From: Candidatus Electronema halotolerans
GTDB taxonomy: Bacteria; Desulfobacterota; Desulfobulbia; Desulfobulbales; Desulfobulbaceae
Reading direction: 5' to 3'
DNA length: 32,000 nt
Assembly (NCBI GenBank): GCA_942493095.1
Contig: OW818675.1
Span: forward strand, 1,080,001 to 1,112,000
The notes beneath the pieces were generated by a model. It was not told the DNA's origin and ran no database searches. It saw nothing but the letters and a program-made list of their open reading frames with translations. The position numbers were made by a program, and so were the translations under genes. Of this stretch, positions 1 through 7,735 are shown piece after piece. The first letter of the stretch is position 1. Every line of letters starts with the position of its first letter.

Positions 1-1712
1 GCATGGTCGCTCTGCGCTGCCCGGTCTTCATCAAACCAGGCGCAGCAGACTGCCGGAGGCCAGTCCGGCTGCTCGCCGCAGCTGCGCTGATACACTGTCC
101 GGCCTGCCAAGTAAGCGGCAAACAAGGCTTTGATCAACGCGGGCGGCAGCGTGGCTGAGGAAATCAGCGCCCGCGAGCCGAGCAGGCCCGCCCAATGCAC
201 AAGGCGGCAAAGGGCGTGGGTGTCAGCAAGATCAAAATCATCCGGCTCGTCAAGAATCAGATCCGAGGTGAGCAGGCGGAGCATGGGCGCAATCTGTTTG
301 CCGCCCCGCGCCCCTTCTGTGGCTGGCATCAGATGATCAATCGTGCTGACTAAAATCGGCGCGCTGACCAATTGCAGCAGCTTGGGCGAATGCTTCAGCC
401 AAAGGCCGATGCGGCTGCCCGCCAAGTCGCCCTCATAGAGCAGATGCTGATCCGCGTCAAAGAGGTCTTCGCCGGATTCCGAGCCGGAGCCGCTGACCTG
501 CTCCTCCTGCCGCAGCTCATGCAGTTGCCGCACCGCCTGCGAGCCGATCAGCACGGCCAATTCATCTTCCTGAAGACGCAGCCGCTGCCGCAGCGCGTCG
601 CCGGTCTGCAAGGTCAGGGTGCGCAGACCCAAGGCGATGCTGAAACGGCAGCCGCGCCGTTCGTCCGCCAGCCCGTACATGATCCTGCCGTTGGCAAAGG
701 TCTTGCCGCAGCCGGTCGATGCCATGTTGATGCCGAAAAAGCCCTGCCGCTCCGAGCGCGTCCGCACCGCGCAGGCTATGTCAAAAGCTGCGTCCTGCCA
801 GGCAAAGCGGCCTCTGCCGCTCCGCTGCCTGAAGCCCTTGTGCCGGGCGAGAGCAGGGAGATGACGACGGAGCTGCGGCAGCCGCCGCGCCAGCAGCACC
901 GCGTGATGAGCCACGCCAATCAAGTGCTCGTCCAAGTGCTGCTTTTTCTCGCCAGTCTTGCGGTCAGTATTGGCTAACAGCTTGCATTTCTTGTCCCGCC
1001 AGACTGCGGCAGGCTCATGCGCCGACCAGATGTGATCGCCCAGCATCAGGGCCAGCCGGGCTGTGTGCATGGAAAAGACATCAGCCAGCCAGTCCTTTTC
1101 TCCGCTGAAGAGATCAGGCCGCCGCAAGGCCCGCTTGGCTAATGAGACCGCTGTCTTCTGCCACGTCGAGCTTTTCAGCGGCAATCCCTTGGCAAAGCTC
1201 CAGTTGTCCGCAATTTCCTTTACCTTCCAACTCTCCAAGCACTGAGGAGAATTCCAGCACGGCTCCAAGGCGGCGTTGAGGAATTCATCCGCCCGGCTGA
1301 CTGGCGGCTCTCCCTGCTGACCAGCAGCCTGCAACGGCCACTGCGGCAGCCGGTGGTGCGAGAGTATCAGCCAACCGATAATCCGGGCCAGCGGCTGGCC
1401 CTGCGCCTGCCAGAGCTTGAAGGGCTTGTCTTTGCTGCTCTGGCCAGTGCTGTCGCTGATCAGAGCGGCCAGCAGCACCTGTTCATCAATCTCCTGCGGC
1501 CTGAGCAGCCGCTCCAGCCAGTCCCGGTCAGGCAGCGTTCCGACAAAGGCTTGGAACAGGCGCAAAGACAGCCACTCATGGCGAAAGGCTTCAAAGGACT
1601 TGCCCTTGCCGCGCAGTTTCTTCTGAAACAGGACGTTTGCCTTGCCCAGATCGTGAAACAGCCCGGCCAAGCCTGCCAGCAGGGCGATGTCCTCGCTGAT
1701 ATTGTTGTTCAA
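1..1712 (-). CDS. cas3: Type I-F-like Cas3 HD nuclease / SF2 helicase, stand-alone (no N-terminal Cas2 domain); 3' end lies beyond the window
   Basis: Not in the ORF track because there is no stop in the window. My reverse-strand translation from TTG 1712 (AGGAGG at 1726-1721, 8 nt upstream; in-frame TAG just upstream) stays open to position 1. It reads LNNNISEDIALLAGLAGLFHDLGKAN...FRHEW...LSHHRL...LMLGDH (HD motifs), then NMASTGCGKTFANGRIMYGLAD (Walker A), STIDHLMP and LILDEPDDF (DExD box). It is collinear with I-F Cas2-3 proteins minus their Cas2 part. Confidence 0.9.
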   Translation of the reverse strand, partial: MNNNISEDIALLAGLAGLFHDLGKANVLFQKKLRGKGKSFEAFRHEWLSLRLFQAFVGTLPDRDWLERLLRPQEIDEQVLLAALISDSTGQSSKDKPFKLWQAQGQPLARIIGWLILSHHRLPQWPLQAAGQQGEPPVSRADEFLNAALEPCWNSPQCLESWKVKEIADNWSFAKGLPLKSSTWQKTAVSLAKRALRRPDLFSGEKDWLADVFSMHTARLALMLGDHIWSAHEPAAVWRDKKCKLLANTDRKTGEKKQHLDEHLIGVAHHAVLLARRLPQLRRHLPALARHKGFRQRSGRGRFAWQDAAFDIACAVRTRSERQGFFGINMASTGCGKTFANGRIMYGLADERRGCRFSIALGLRTLTLQTGDALRQRLRLQEDELAVLIGSQAVRQLHELRQEEQVSGSGSESGEDLFDADQHLLYEGDLAGSRIGLWLKHSPKLLQLVSAPILVSTIDHLMPATEGARGGKQIAPMLRLLTSDLILDEPDDFDLADTHALCRLVHWAGLLGSRALISSATLPPALIKALFAAYLAGRTVYQRSCGEQPDWPPAVCCAWFDEDRAAQSDH

Positions 1713-1749
1713 TCTCTCCGCCTCCTATGGCCCCTATAGGACAATCCAA

Positions 1750-2310
1750 TCAAAACCACGGCACTGTGGCCGTGCTGCTCAGGCCGTAATCCGAGAAACT
1801 GCCCGGCTGCGGGCTGTCCTGCACCCTGCCCTGCTCAATGAAAAGCAAAAACTGCTGGCCAGTGGATGCGCTTCTCAGGCGGACATGCGGCAGCTTGAGC
1901 CGCTCCTCCTCAGTTGCTGCCGCCTTGACTGCCAGCTCGTCCGCACTCAGACGGCCATTGCGCACTGAGCGCCGGTAGAGCCGCTCCGCGCTGCTCTTAG
2001 CCTGCACCCGCTGCACGATTCTGTGGTGACAATCCGCCGGAACTGGCAGTGGGCCGGACGCGCTGAGATGGTCCCGCATTCCAGTCAGCCAGTCCAAGGC
2101 CATCAGCCGTTCAAGAGCTTGCGCTGTGCCGTGCAGGCGCAGGCAGTCACCCAAATTTTTTCCCGCCTTGGGAAAGCTGATGCCAATCGCGCCCTGCCCT
2201 GCCTCGCACAAGGCGCGGTGCAGCTTGGCAAACAAGGCGTTCATGAGCAGGGTCTCAGGAAACTCCGGGTCAGGCAGCAGGCGCAGTTCCAAATAATGCT
2301 CCATGCTCAT
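1750..2310 (-). CDS. cas6f: Cas6f (Csy4) crRNA endoribonuclease
   Basis: [31 protein letters not shown]...[11 protein letters not shown]...[17 protein letters not shown]...[11 protein letters not shown] is collinear with Csy4. The ATG at 2310 overlaps the cas7f stop (ATGA). The longer ORF-track start at 2526 lies inside cas7f and is not used. Confidence 0.93.
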   Translation of the reverse strand: MSMEHYLELRLLPDPEFPETLLMNALFAKLHRALCEAGQGAIGISFPKAGKNLGDCLRLHGTAQALERLMALDWLTGMRDHLSASGPLPVPADCHHRIVQRVQAKSSAERLYRRSVRNGRLSADELAVKAAATEEERLKLPHVRLRSASTGQQFLLFIEQGRVQDSPQPGSFSDYGLSSTATVPWF

Positions 2311-3320
2311 TCCCCTTTCTCGCCAAACACGCCGCCCCGGATCAGCACGGCCATCACATAGTGCTGCTGCTCTGCCGGCGGCACCTTGCCTTTCACTGCC
2401 CACCCGTCCAAGAGGCTGTAAAAATCCTCTTTTTCCTTTGGCTGGCGATAGGCCTTGCCCCGGTTGGTGACTGAGCCATACGGCTCCACCGCAATCGGCC
2501 CGATTTCCGCCGCAGAAGAATGCCACGTGTCAATGGTGCGCAGGGCGTTGCCGATCTTCTGCGAGTGCATGGCCGCTGTGCCGCCCACTTGGTAGAGGGT
2601 CTTGCTCTTCTTGCCGGACTTGTCCAAAATCAGCTCTTGCGAAGGAAATACTTCCTGTCCCTTGCCGAGCCGGACAAAACCATCCACTTCCAGCAGCACA
2701 AAGGAGCGGCCCAGCAGTCCGGCGGCAATCACCTCAGCCAAGCTCTTCAGTTCCGCCGTCGGCTCGGCAAACTGCCGCAGCGCAACGCTAAGGCCGTCAA
2801 AGTTCCATTCCTGCGCTGCTTGCCCGTCCTGCATCTGCCGCACCCGCACGGCCACAGCCTCGGCTCCGACCCGGTTGCGCCAGAGAAAGCGGCCATTGGC
2901 AAGGTTGGCGGCATAGCGGGCGGCCAGCTTCCTGAAGCCCTGCTCCTGCGCATAGCTGTCAATCACTGCGGCCAAGGCGTTCTGATAGTCCTGATCATTG
3001 CAGGCTGAGGGCTGGGAGAGATTGCCCAGCACCCGCAACGTGAAACTGACCCGCAGGGTGTCCGCAGCAGCAGGCAGGGCGGCTGCATCCACGGTCTGCA
3101 AGTTGGGCTTCTGGATTTCCGCGTCCAATTTGGCCGGGTTCTGCTGCAGCGCGGCTTTCAGGCGGTTGGACATCGTGCCCCGGACCGATTTCTCCTGAAT
3201 GCTGACCGGCTGCCAGTCCTTGCCGCAGTCCCGGTTCTCCCAAGCTCCAGCATGGAGCAGCGCGTCCGAATTTGCCAGCTTGCGTTCAAATGCCAACACA
3301 GATGCGGTTTTCACAGCCAT
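2307..3320 (-). CDS. cas7f: Cas7f (Csy3) Cascade backbone subunit
   Basis: [25 protein letters not shown]...[17 protein letters not shown]...[10 protein letters not shown]...[11 protein letters not shown]...[16 protein letters not shown]...LIRGGVFGE are hallmark Csy3 sequence blocks. Confidence 0.95.
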   Translation of the reverse strand: MAVKTASVLAFERKLANSDALLHAGAWENRDCGKDWQPVSIQEKSVRGTMSNRLKAALQQNPAKLDAEIQKPNLQTVDAAALPAAADTLRVSFTLRVLGNLSQPSACNDQDYQNALAAVIDSYAQEQGFRKLAARYAANLANGRFLWRNRVGAEAVAVRVRQMQDGQAAQEWNFDGLSVALRQFAEPTAELKSLAEVIAAGLLGRSFVLLEVDGFVRLGKGQEVFPSQELILDKSGKKSKTLYQVGGTAAMHSQKIGNALRTIDTWHSSAAEIGPIAVEPYGSVTNRGKAYRQPKEKEDFYSLLDGWAVKGKVPPAEQQHYVMAVLIRGGVFGEKGE

Positions 3321-3323
3321 GAT

Positions 3324-4289
3324 TCATTCTCCTTCAACAGATTGATTATTCACTGTTTGATATTCATTCCGGCATAGATACCAGCCGCTTTCCGGCTCGG
3401 CCTCATGCCGCCAGATCAGCTCGTCCAGCGTTTGCGCCCGGTGCGGACTGAGCCATTCACCAACGCTGTAAACAGTCTCGGCAAAGCAGAACCGAGTTTG
3501 GCTGTCGCGGGCACGGGCTACCTGTCCCGGCTCGTGCAGCGCAGAAATGCCCCGATACCCGACGGCCAGCGGCACCAGCCAGCCGCTGCCCGGCTTGGGA
3601 ACATGCCGCCATTCTGTTTTCTCTTTGCCTTCCTTCGGCAGCTTGGCCTTGTATTTCAGGGCGGCAAAATCCAGCCAAGCATCCAGCGGCTCTGCTGCCG
3701 GATTCGCTTCCCGCAGCGAACGGAAATGCTCTGCCAAAAGATCAGTCCGCTCGATCAAGGCAAAGCCGGGCAGCAGGCAACGGAGCTGCTTGCGGATGAA
3801 TTGCTGCCTTTGCTCCCAATCTTCGGGAAGATTGTCCAAAGTCGCTTCTTGCAGGTCAAGCACAGTGCCGCCTGCCAGCCGCTGGCAGCACACCAGCCGC
3901 CGGATTTCCTCCAGCCACGCCTTTTTCTCCTCGCCATCCAAGGGCAGCTCGCCGGTGAAGGGAATCAGCAGCGACACAGTCAGCCGCATCCGGCCTTCCT
4001 CAATAAAGGAGGATGTTTCACCCGCCTTGGTCAGCGGGTTGCGGCTGAGGGCAAAGACATGATCCCAGCCCTTGGGCTGATGCGTCTGCGCTTCATGCTC
4101 ATGACAAACAATGCCGCAGCCGGTCAGGGTCAGGCCCCATTCCGGCGGCAGCTTGCGCGACAGGGCATGAGTGAAGCCGAGAAAGGCGGACACTGCCGGA
4201 AAGCCCCATGTCAGTCCGACCACAGCATTGGCGTTCTCCACCCTGATGCGCCGAAGCAGCAGCAGTCCTTGCTCTTTCATCATGATCAT
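3324..4289 (-). CDS. cas5f: Cas5f (Csy2)
   Basis: From ATG 4289 (it overlaps the cas8f stop as ATGA): MIMMKEQGLLLLRRIRVENANAVVGLTWGFPAVSAFLGF.HAL...LLPGFALI...GWLVPLAVGY...GEWLSPHR, collinear with Csy2. The ORF-track start at 4349 is probably too far upstream. Confidence 0.9.
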   Translation of the reverse strand: MIMMKEQGLLLLRRIRVENANAVVGLTWGFPAVSAFLGFTHALSRKLPPEWGLTLTGCGIVCHEHEAQTHQPKGWDHVFALSRNPLTKAGETSSFIEEGRMRLTVSLLIPFTGELPLDGEEKKAWLEEIRRLVCCQRLAGGTVLDLQEATLDNLPEDWEQRQQFIRKQLRCLLPGFALIERTDLLAEHFRSLREANPAAEPLDAWLDFAALKYKAKLPKEGKEKTEWRHVPKPGSGWLVPLAVGYRGISALHEPGQVARARDSQTRFCFAETVYSVGEWLSPHRAQTLDELIWRHEAEPESGWYLCRNEYQTVNNQSVEGE

Positions 4290-5623
4290 GCCAAGGCCTC
4301 CAGATCGTCTTTGAGTAGCCGCAGTTTCTTGCGCAGCAGACTCTTCCATTCGCCATGCTCCGCATCACCCGTAAAAAGAACCTGCCTGCCTTTCCCTTTG
4401 TCAATCCGCCTGTTCAGCCAGCGGGCAAAGCGGTCAGCAATTTCTTCCTGCCAGTCGTTCCGCTCCCGCTCGGCTCCGAATTCCTCATCAGCTGAACCCC
4501 GCCGGGGATCAAGCCAGAGTTGTTCGACTCTGTCCAGCCTGCATTCCGGCCTGCTGCTCCAGCCTGCGGCAAAGCTGTGTTGGATTTCAGCGGCATATTG
4601 GAGGAGCTGATCAATAATGCGGTCAATCAGCTCGGCCCGCCGGTCACGGATGGCAAGCGTGCTGTCTTTGTCCAGCACACGCTCAAGAAACGTGTTCAGG
4701 AGAGAGGTTTCCCGATAAACCCGTGCGCCGAAATGATGCCGTGAAAACAAGGTGCTGGTGTTCAGCGGCGGAGCGGTCATGCGCTTCCATGTCGGCGGGG
4801 CGCAGGAGAGCAGATGCACTTTGCCGCCACGTCTGATGTTAAGCTGGCTGACAACCTGTGGATTGCTGCCGCCAAAGTTCATCACTGCCGTATTCGGGTA
4901 ATCCACAGTCAGCGATTCGTGGAATGCCTCCTCCCGCCTTGCCTTGCGCGCTTCCTTGGCTGCATCGGAAAAGCGGGCTTCCTGCATCCGTTCATAGATT
5001 GCTTGGGCCAAGGATGACGAGAAAAGCGGCGAAAGCAGGTGATATTCTCCGGCACCGACCGGAAAATAGAGCTGCTTGGCCAAGGTGTGCGAACTGGGCT
5101 TGGCAGCAGAGACCGCTTGGGCGAAGCCTTTCAGCCAGTCGGCAAGCTGCGCGTCGCTTTTGGCAAAAGGCCGCAGCGGCTCGGCATCGCCTGCCCGGAT
5201 ATGGTCGAGCAGCATTCTGCCGTCCTGCTCCAATTGCAGCAATGCGGCAACGTCCAAGGCACCAGCATTACCGCTAACATCAATCGAGGGCCGGGCCAGC
5301 GAGGCCGTGCTGATCAGCGCGCCTTCCGGCATCCCATCTGGCTGCTGCGGCCCCGGCCCGGCATAGCAGCTTGTTGCGCCTTTGGCCTGCGAATTGGTGA
5401 ACTTGACCGGGTGAGTTGTGAACTGAATCTGTCCAGCCCGCCGGGCCGCATCGGTCAGCCACTCGGCAGGCGCAAACTTGCTCTTCAAGGCAAGCTCTTC
5501 CTCTGCCAAATCCGCTTCCAGCTCCGGGCTGGCTGCCGCTTTTTTCGCCAATGCCTCCAGCTTGGGCGCGGCCCGCCCGGCGATGAAGGCGGATATCTGT
5601 GCGGATAAGCTTTCTTCTTCCAT
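4286..5623 (-). CDS. cas8f: Cas8f (Csy1) large subunit
   Basis: AEWLTDAARRAGQIQ..TH..K...VSGNAGALDV...HTLAKQLYFP...YHLLSPLF...ARFSDAAKEAR...FGGSNPQ..SQLN...LAIRDRRAELI...LLQYAAEI...EQLWLDP are Csy1 blocks. An AGGAG RBS lies about 10 nt upstream of ATG 5623. Confidence 0.93.
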   Translation of the reverse strand: MEEESLSAQISAFIAGRAAPKLEALAKKAAASPELEADLAEEELALKSKFAPAEWLTDAARRAGQIQFTTHPVKFTNSQAKGATSCYAGPGPQQPDGMPEGALISTASLARPSIDVSGNAGALDVAALLQLEQDGRMLLDHIRAGDAEPLRPFAKSDAQLADWLKGFAQAVSAAKPSSHTLAKQLYFPVGAGEYHLLSPLFSSSLAQAIYERMQEARFSDAAKEARKARREEAFHESLTVDYPNTAVMNFGGSNPQVVSQLNIRRGGKVHLLSCAPPTWKRMTAPPLNTSTLFSRHHFGARVYRETSLLNTFLERVLDKDSTLAIRDRRAELIDRIIDQLLQYAAEIQHSFAAGWSSRPECRLDRVEQLWLDPRRGSADEEFGAERERNDWQEEIADRFARWLNRRIDKGKGRQVLFTGDAEHGEWKSLLRKKLRLLKDDLEALA

Positions 5624-5641
5624 AGTTGCTGTTCTCCTGTG

Positions 5642-5818
5642 CTAACAGAGGGTTTGCTCTCTTCGCCACCAGCCAAGTTGTTCAATCAAATTGGACAGGT
5701 TGCCTCCAACCACAGTCCAAGCCCACGCCGCTTTTTTGAGCACGGCCTGCAAAACAAGGATCACCAAAAATGCCGCTGCTTCGTTGGCAGCGGCTTGAAG
5801 GGCTGTGCTGATGCTCAT
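5642..5818 (-). CDS. Small hydrophobic protein (58 aa), first ORF of the cas transcription unit; function unknown
   Basis: Below the ORF-track size cutoff, so I translated it by hand: MSISTALQAAANEAAAFLVILVLQAVLKKAAWAWTVVGGNLSNLIEQLGWWRREQTLC. A GGAG (5826-5823) lies 4 nt before ATG 5818, and the stop at 5642 is 18 nt before the cas8f ATG. Coding status is unproven. Confidence 0.4.
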   Translation of the reverse strand: MSISTALQAAANEAAAFLVILVLQAVLKKAAWAWTVVGGNLSNLIEQLGWWRREQTLC

Positions 5819-5824
5819 TTTTCT

Positions 5825-5847
5825 CCATATTAGTTATATTGAAATGT
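5825..5847 (+). promoter_or_regulatory. PAM-flanked partial protospacer (predicted Cascade operator) in the 5' UTR of the cas operon
   Basis: CC (5825-5826) is followed by ATATTAGTTATATTGAAATGT. This matches the mini-array psi-spacer at 16/19 positions, plus 2 more nt. It lies between the -10 box and the RBS of the small ORF. Confidence 0.6.
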
Positions 5848-5856
5848 ACAGACGAA

Positions 5857-5885
5857 ATTATAGGGCGGATAAAGGGGGCTGTCAA
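5857..5885 (-). promoter_or_regulatory. Perfect-consensus sigma70 promoter driving the small ORF and the cas8f-cas3 operon
   Basis: On the minus strand, TTGACA (5885-5880), a 17-nt spacer, then TATAAT (5862-5857). The predicted TSS is near 5850, about 30 nt upstream of ATG 5818. Confidence 0.65.
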
Positions 5886-5894
5886 TCCCTGATC

Positions 5895-5923
5895 TTGTAC
5901 AACACAAAAAAAACAGGTATAAT
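5895..5923 (+). promoter_or_regulatory. Promoter of the mini-CRISPR (divergent from the cas promoter)
   Basis: TTGTAC (5895-5900), a 17-nt spacer, then TATAAT (5918-5923). It ends 1 nt before psi-repeat 1, and its -35 box is 9 bp from the -35 box of the cas promoter. Confidence 0.6.
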
Positions 5924-5924
5924 T

Positions 5925-6002
5925 TTCATACTGCCGCACAGGCTAGCTTAGAAAATATTCGTTATGCTGAAATGTTAAACTGCCGCACAGGCAGAATGCC
6001 CG
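5925..6002 (+). CRISPR. Degenerate two-repeat type I-F mini-CRISPR (crRNA-like regulatory RNA, CreA/CreR-type)
   Basis: Psi-repeat 1 is TTCATACTGCCGCACAGGCTAGCTTAGAAA (5925-5954). It resembles the I-F consensus GTTCACTGCCG.A.AGGCAGCTTAGAAA with 2 inserted bases and an intact CTTAGAAA handle. The spacer is 19 nt (5955-5973). Psi-repeat 2 is GTTAAACTGCCGCACAGGCAG.. (5974 onward), with an intact CTGCC-GCACA-GGCAG Cas6f hairpin and a degenerate 3' part. It is oriented opposite to the cas genes. Confidence 0.75.
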
Positions 6003-6024
6003 GAGCGTTGCTCCGGGTTTGTTT
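5999..6024 (+). terminator. Rho-independent terminator of the mini-CRISPR transcript
   Basis: CCCGGAGC-GTT-GCTCCGGG stem-loop followed by TTTGTTT. Confidence 0.7.
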
Positions 6025-6044
6025 GAGTGTGCGGCGAGTAACCC

Positions 6045-6644
6045 ATGAATCCCGCCTCACACTTTCTCATTAGCTGGCTGACCGCCAACACCATCCAGCT
6101 CGACCGGCGCGAGCGGTTCCTCATCACCTTCAGCGGCCTGGCCCCGGATGCGGACGGACTGGGGATCATCGGCGACCTTCTCACTCGCAACAGCGACAAG
6201 CCCTTGCAGTGGTGGGGCGAGTATCACCATCTGCTGGGGCACAACATAGCCTTTGGCTGCTGTCTGGCAGCAGGCACCTTTTTTTTGGCCAAGCAACGGA
6301 AAGCCGCTGCCGCCCTGCTGGCCCTGATCAGCTTTCATCTTCATCTCTTCTGCGACCTGATCGGCTCACGCGGCCCGGACGGCTATCAATGGCCCCTGCC
6401 CTACCTCTGGCCTTTTTCTGATGCGTGGCAATGGGCATGGCAGGGCCAGTGGGCTTTGGATGCCTGGCCCAACCTGCTGATCACAGTGGCCGTGCTTGCG
6501 GCAACCTTCCTTATGGCCTGGCAATCTGGCCGTTCACCGCTGGAATTCATCTCCAGCAGAGCGAACGCCGCCTTTGTCGCAAGCCTGCGTTCCCGCTTTG
6601 GCGAGCCAAGAATGGAAGAGAGAAAAGAACCTGCTTGTTCCTGA
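6045..6644 (+). CDS. Membrane-bound metal-dependent hydrolase (DUF457/YdjM-like)
   Basis: MNPASHFLISWL...GLAPDADGLG...YHHLLGHNIAFG...HLHLFCDLIGSRG. It has several hydrophobic segments and the His/Asp pattern typical of the family. Confidence 0.6.
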   Translation: MNPASHFLISWLTANTIQLDRRERFLITFSGLAPDADGLGIIGDLLTRNSDKPLQWWGEYHHLLGHNIAFGCCLAAGTFFLAKQRKAAAALLALISFHLHLFCDLIGSRGPDGYQWPLPYLWPFSDAWQWAWQGQWALDAWPNLLITVAVLAATFLMAWQSGRSPLEFISSRANAAFVASLRSRFGEPRMEERKEPACS

Positions 6645-6706
6645 GAACTGATCTTGGAGTATCTCGCAATTTTGAAGCCAAATCCACACGCACCTGAAGG
6701 AGCGTC

Positions 6707-7735
6707 ATGAAAACAGCAAGTCTTGGCGAGCTGGCCGCCTTGGTCGGCGGCACGGTCTCTGGTGATCCAAGCCTGACCGTCACGGCCCTGAACAGTCTGG
6801 AACTGGCCGAGCCGGGCCAGCTCACCTTCATCACCAGCACCAAGTTCGCTGACCAACTGGTACAGAGCGGAGCTTCTGCCTGCATCGCCCCTGTGGATTT
6901 CAGCAGCGAGCTGCCGCTGATTCAGGTCAGCAATGTTGACATGGCCGCCGCCCGCATTCACAGTTATCTCTTGAGCGAAGACTTCCAGCCGACTGGCATT
7001 CACGAGCGGGCCGTGCTTGGCTGCTGCTGCGTGATCAGCGAGATGGTCAGCATCAGCCCCCTGGTCAGCATTGGCGACCGGGTCCATATTGGCGAGCGGG
7101 TGCGGATCAGGCCGGGCGCAGTGATTGGCGATGATGTGCAGATTGGTGATGACTGCGTCATCCATGCCAATGCGGTGGTGGCCAATGGCTGCATTCTCGG
7201 CAGGCGGGTGGTGCTCCATCACGGGGCCGTGGTCGGCAGCGACGGCTTTGGCTTTGCCACTGACCCAGCCACTGGCGAGCACCTGAGCAAGCCGCAGGTT
7301 GGCACAGTCCGCCTCGATGATGATGTGCAGATTGGGGCCAACTCCTGTGTGGACCGAGCCGCCTTTGGCGTGACCCATGTCAAGCGCGGGGTGCGGATTG
7401 ACAATCTGGTCATGATCGGTCACAACTGCGTGATCGGCGAGAACTCCATCTTAGTCGGGCAGGCAGGAATTGCGGGCAGCACCACTTTAGGCCGCAATGT
7501 GGTCTTGGCGGCAGGAGCTGGCGTGGCCGGTCATCTGCACTTGGAAGACGGGGTGATGGTGGCTGGCAAGGCCGGGGTGCATAACAGCCAGAAAAAAGGG
7601 GTAAAGCTGGGCGGCATCCCGGCCATTGATGTGAAGCAGTGGGGCAAGGCAGTCGCTGTCTTCAGCCGCCTGCCAGAGCTGTTCAAGGAGCTGCGGCGGC
7701 TGCGCAAGGACGTTGACAGGCTGCTCGGCAGCTGA
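6707..7735 (+). CDS. lpxD: UDP-3-O-acylglucosamine N-acyltransferase
   Basis: The N-terminus LGELAALVGG...GDPSL.VTALNSLELAEPGQLTF is followed by long hexapeptide-repeat (left-handed beta-helix) segments such as IG..V.IG....I. The RBS is GAAGGAG. Confidence 0.85.
   Translation: MKTASLGELAALVGGTVSGDPSLTVTALNSLELAEPGQLTFITSTKFADQLVQSGASACIAPVDFSSELPLIQVSNVDMAAARIHSYLLSEDFQPTGIHERAVLGCCCVISEMVSISPLVSIGDRVHIGERVRIRPGAVIGDDVQIGDDCVIHANAVVANGCILGRRVVLHHGAVVGSDGFGFATDPATGEHLSKPQVGTVRLDDDVQIGANSCVDRAAFGVTHVKRGVRIDNLVMIGHNCVIGENSILVGQAGIAGSTTLGRNVVLAAGAGVAGHLHLEDGVMVAGKAGVHNSQKKGVKLGGIPAIDVKQWGKAVAVFSRLPELFKELRRLRKDVDRLLGS

Noticed and set aside
372-1739. Plus-strand ORFs (372..977, 619..864, 1353..1739 and others) across the left end
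   Set aside because: They are antisense to a continuous, motif-rich Cas3 reading frame. Their products are Arg/Ala/Pro/Gln-rich and low in complexity, as expected for shadow ORFs in GC-rich DNA.
3405-4610. 401-aa plus-strand ORF, and similar ones at 2520..3008, 3547..4062 and 5039..5608
   Set aside because: They are antisense to cas7f, cas5f and cas8f, which have unmistakable Csy homology. They have no RBS or family resemblance.
5639-5833. 64-aa plus-strand ORF, and the 85-aa minus-strand ORF 5682..5939, in the cas8f upstream region
   Set aside because: Neither has an RBS. The 85-aa ORF would start inside psi-repeat 1, upstream of the promoter. The 58-aa minus-strand ORF, with GGAG-N4-ATG directly behind the promoter, explains the region better.
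6401-7423. 340-aa minus-strand ORF
   Set aside because: It is antisense to lpxD. Its sequence is a mirror of hexapeptide repeats and has no independent support.
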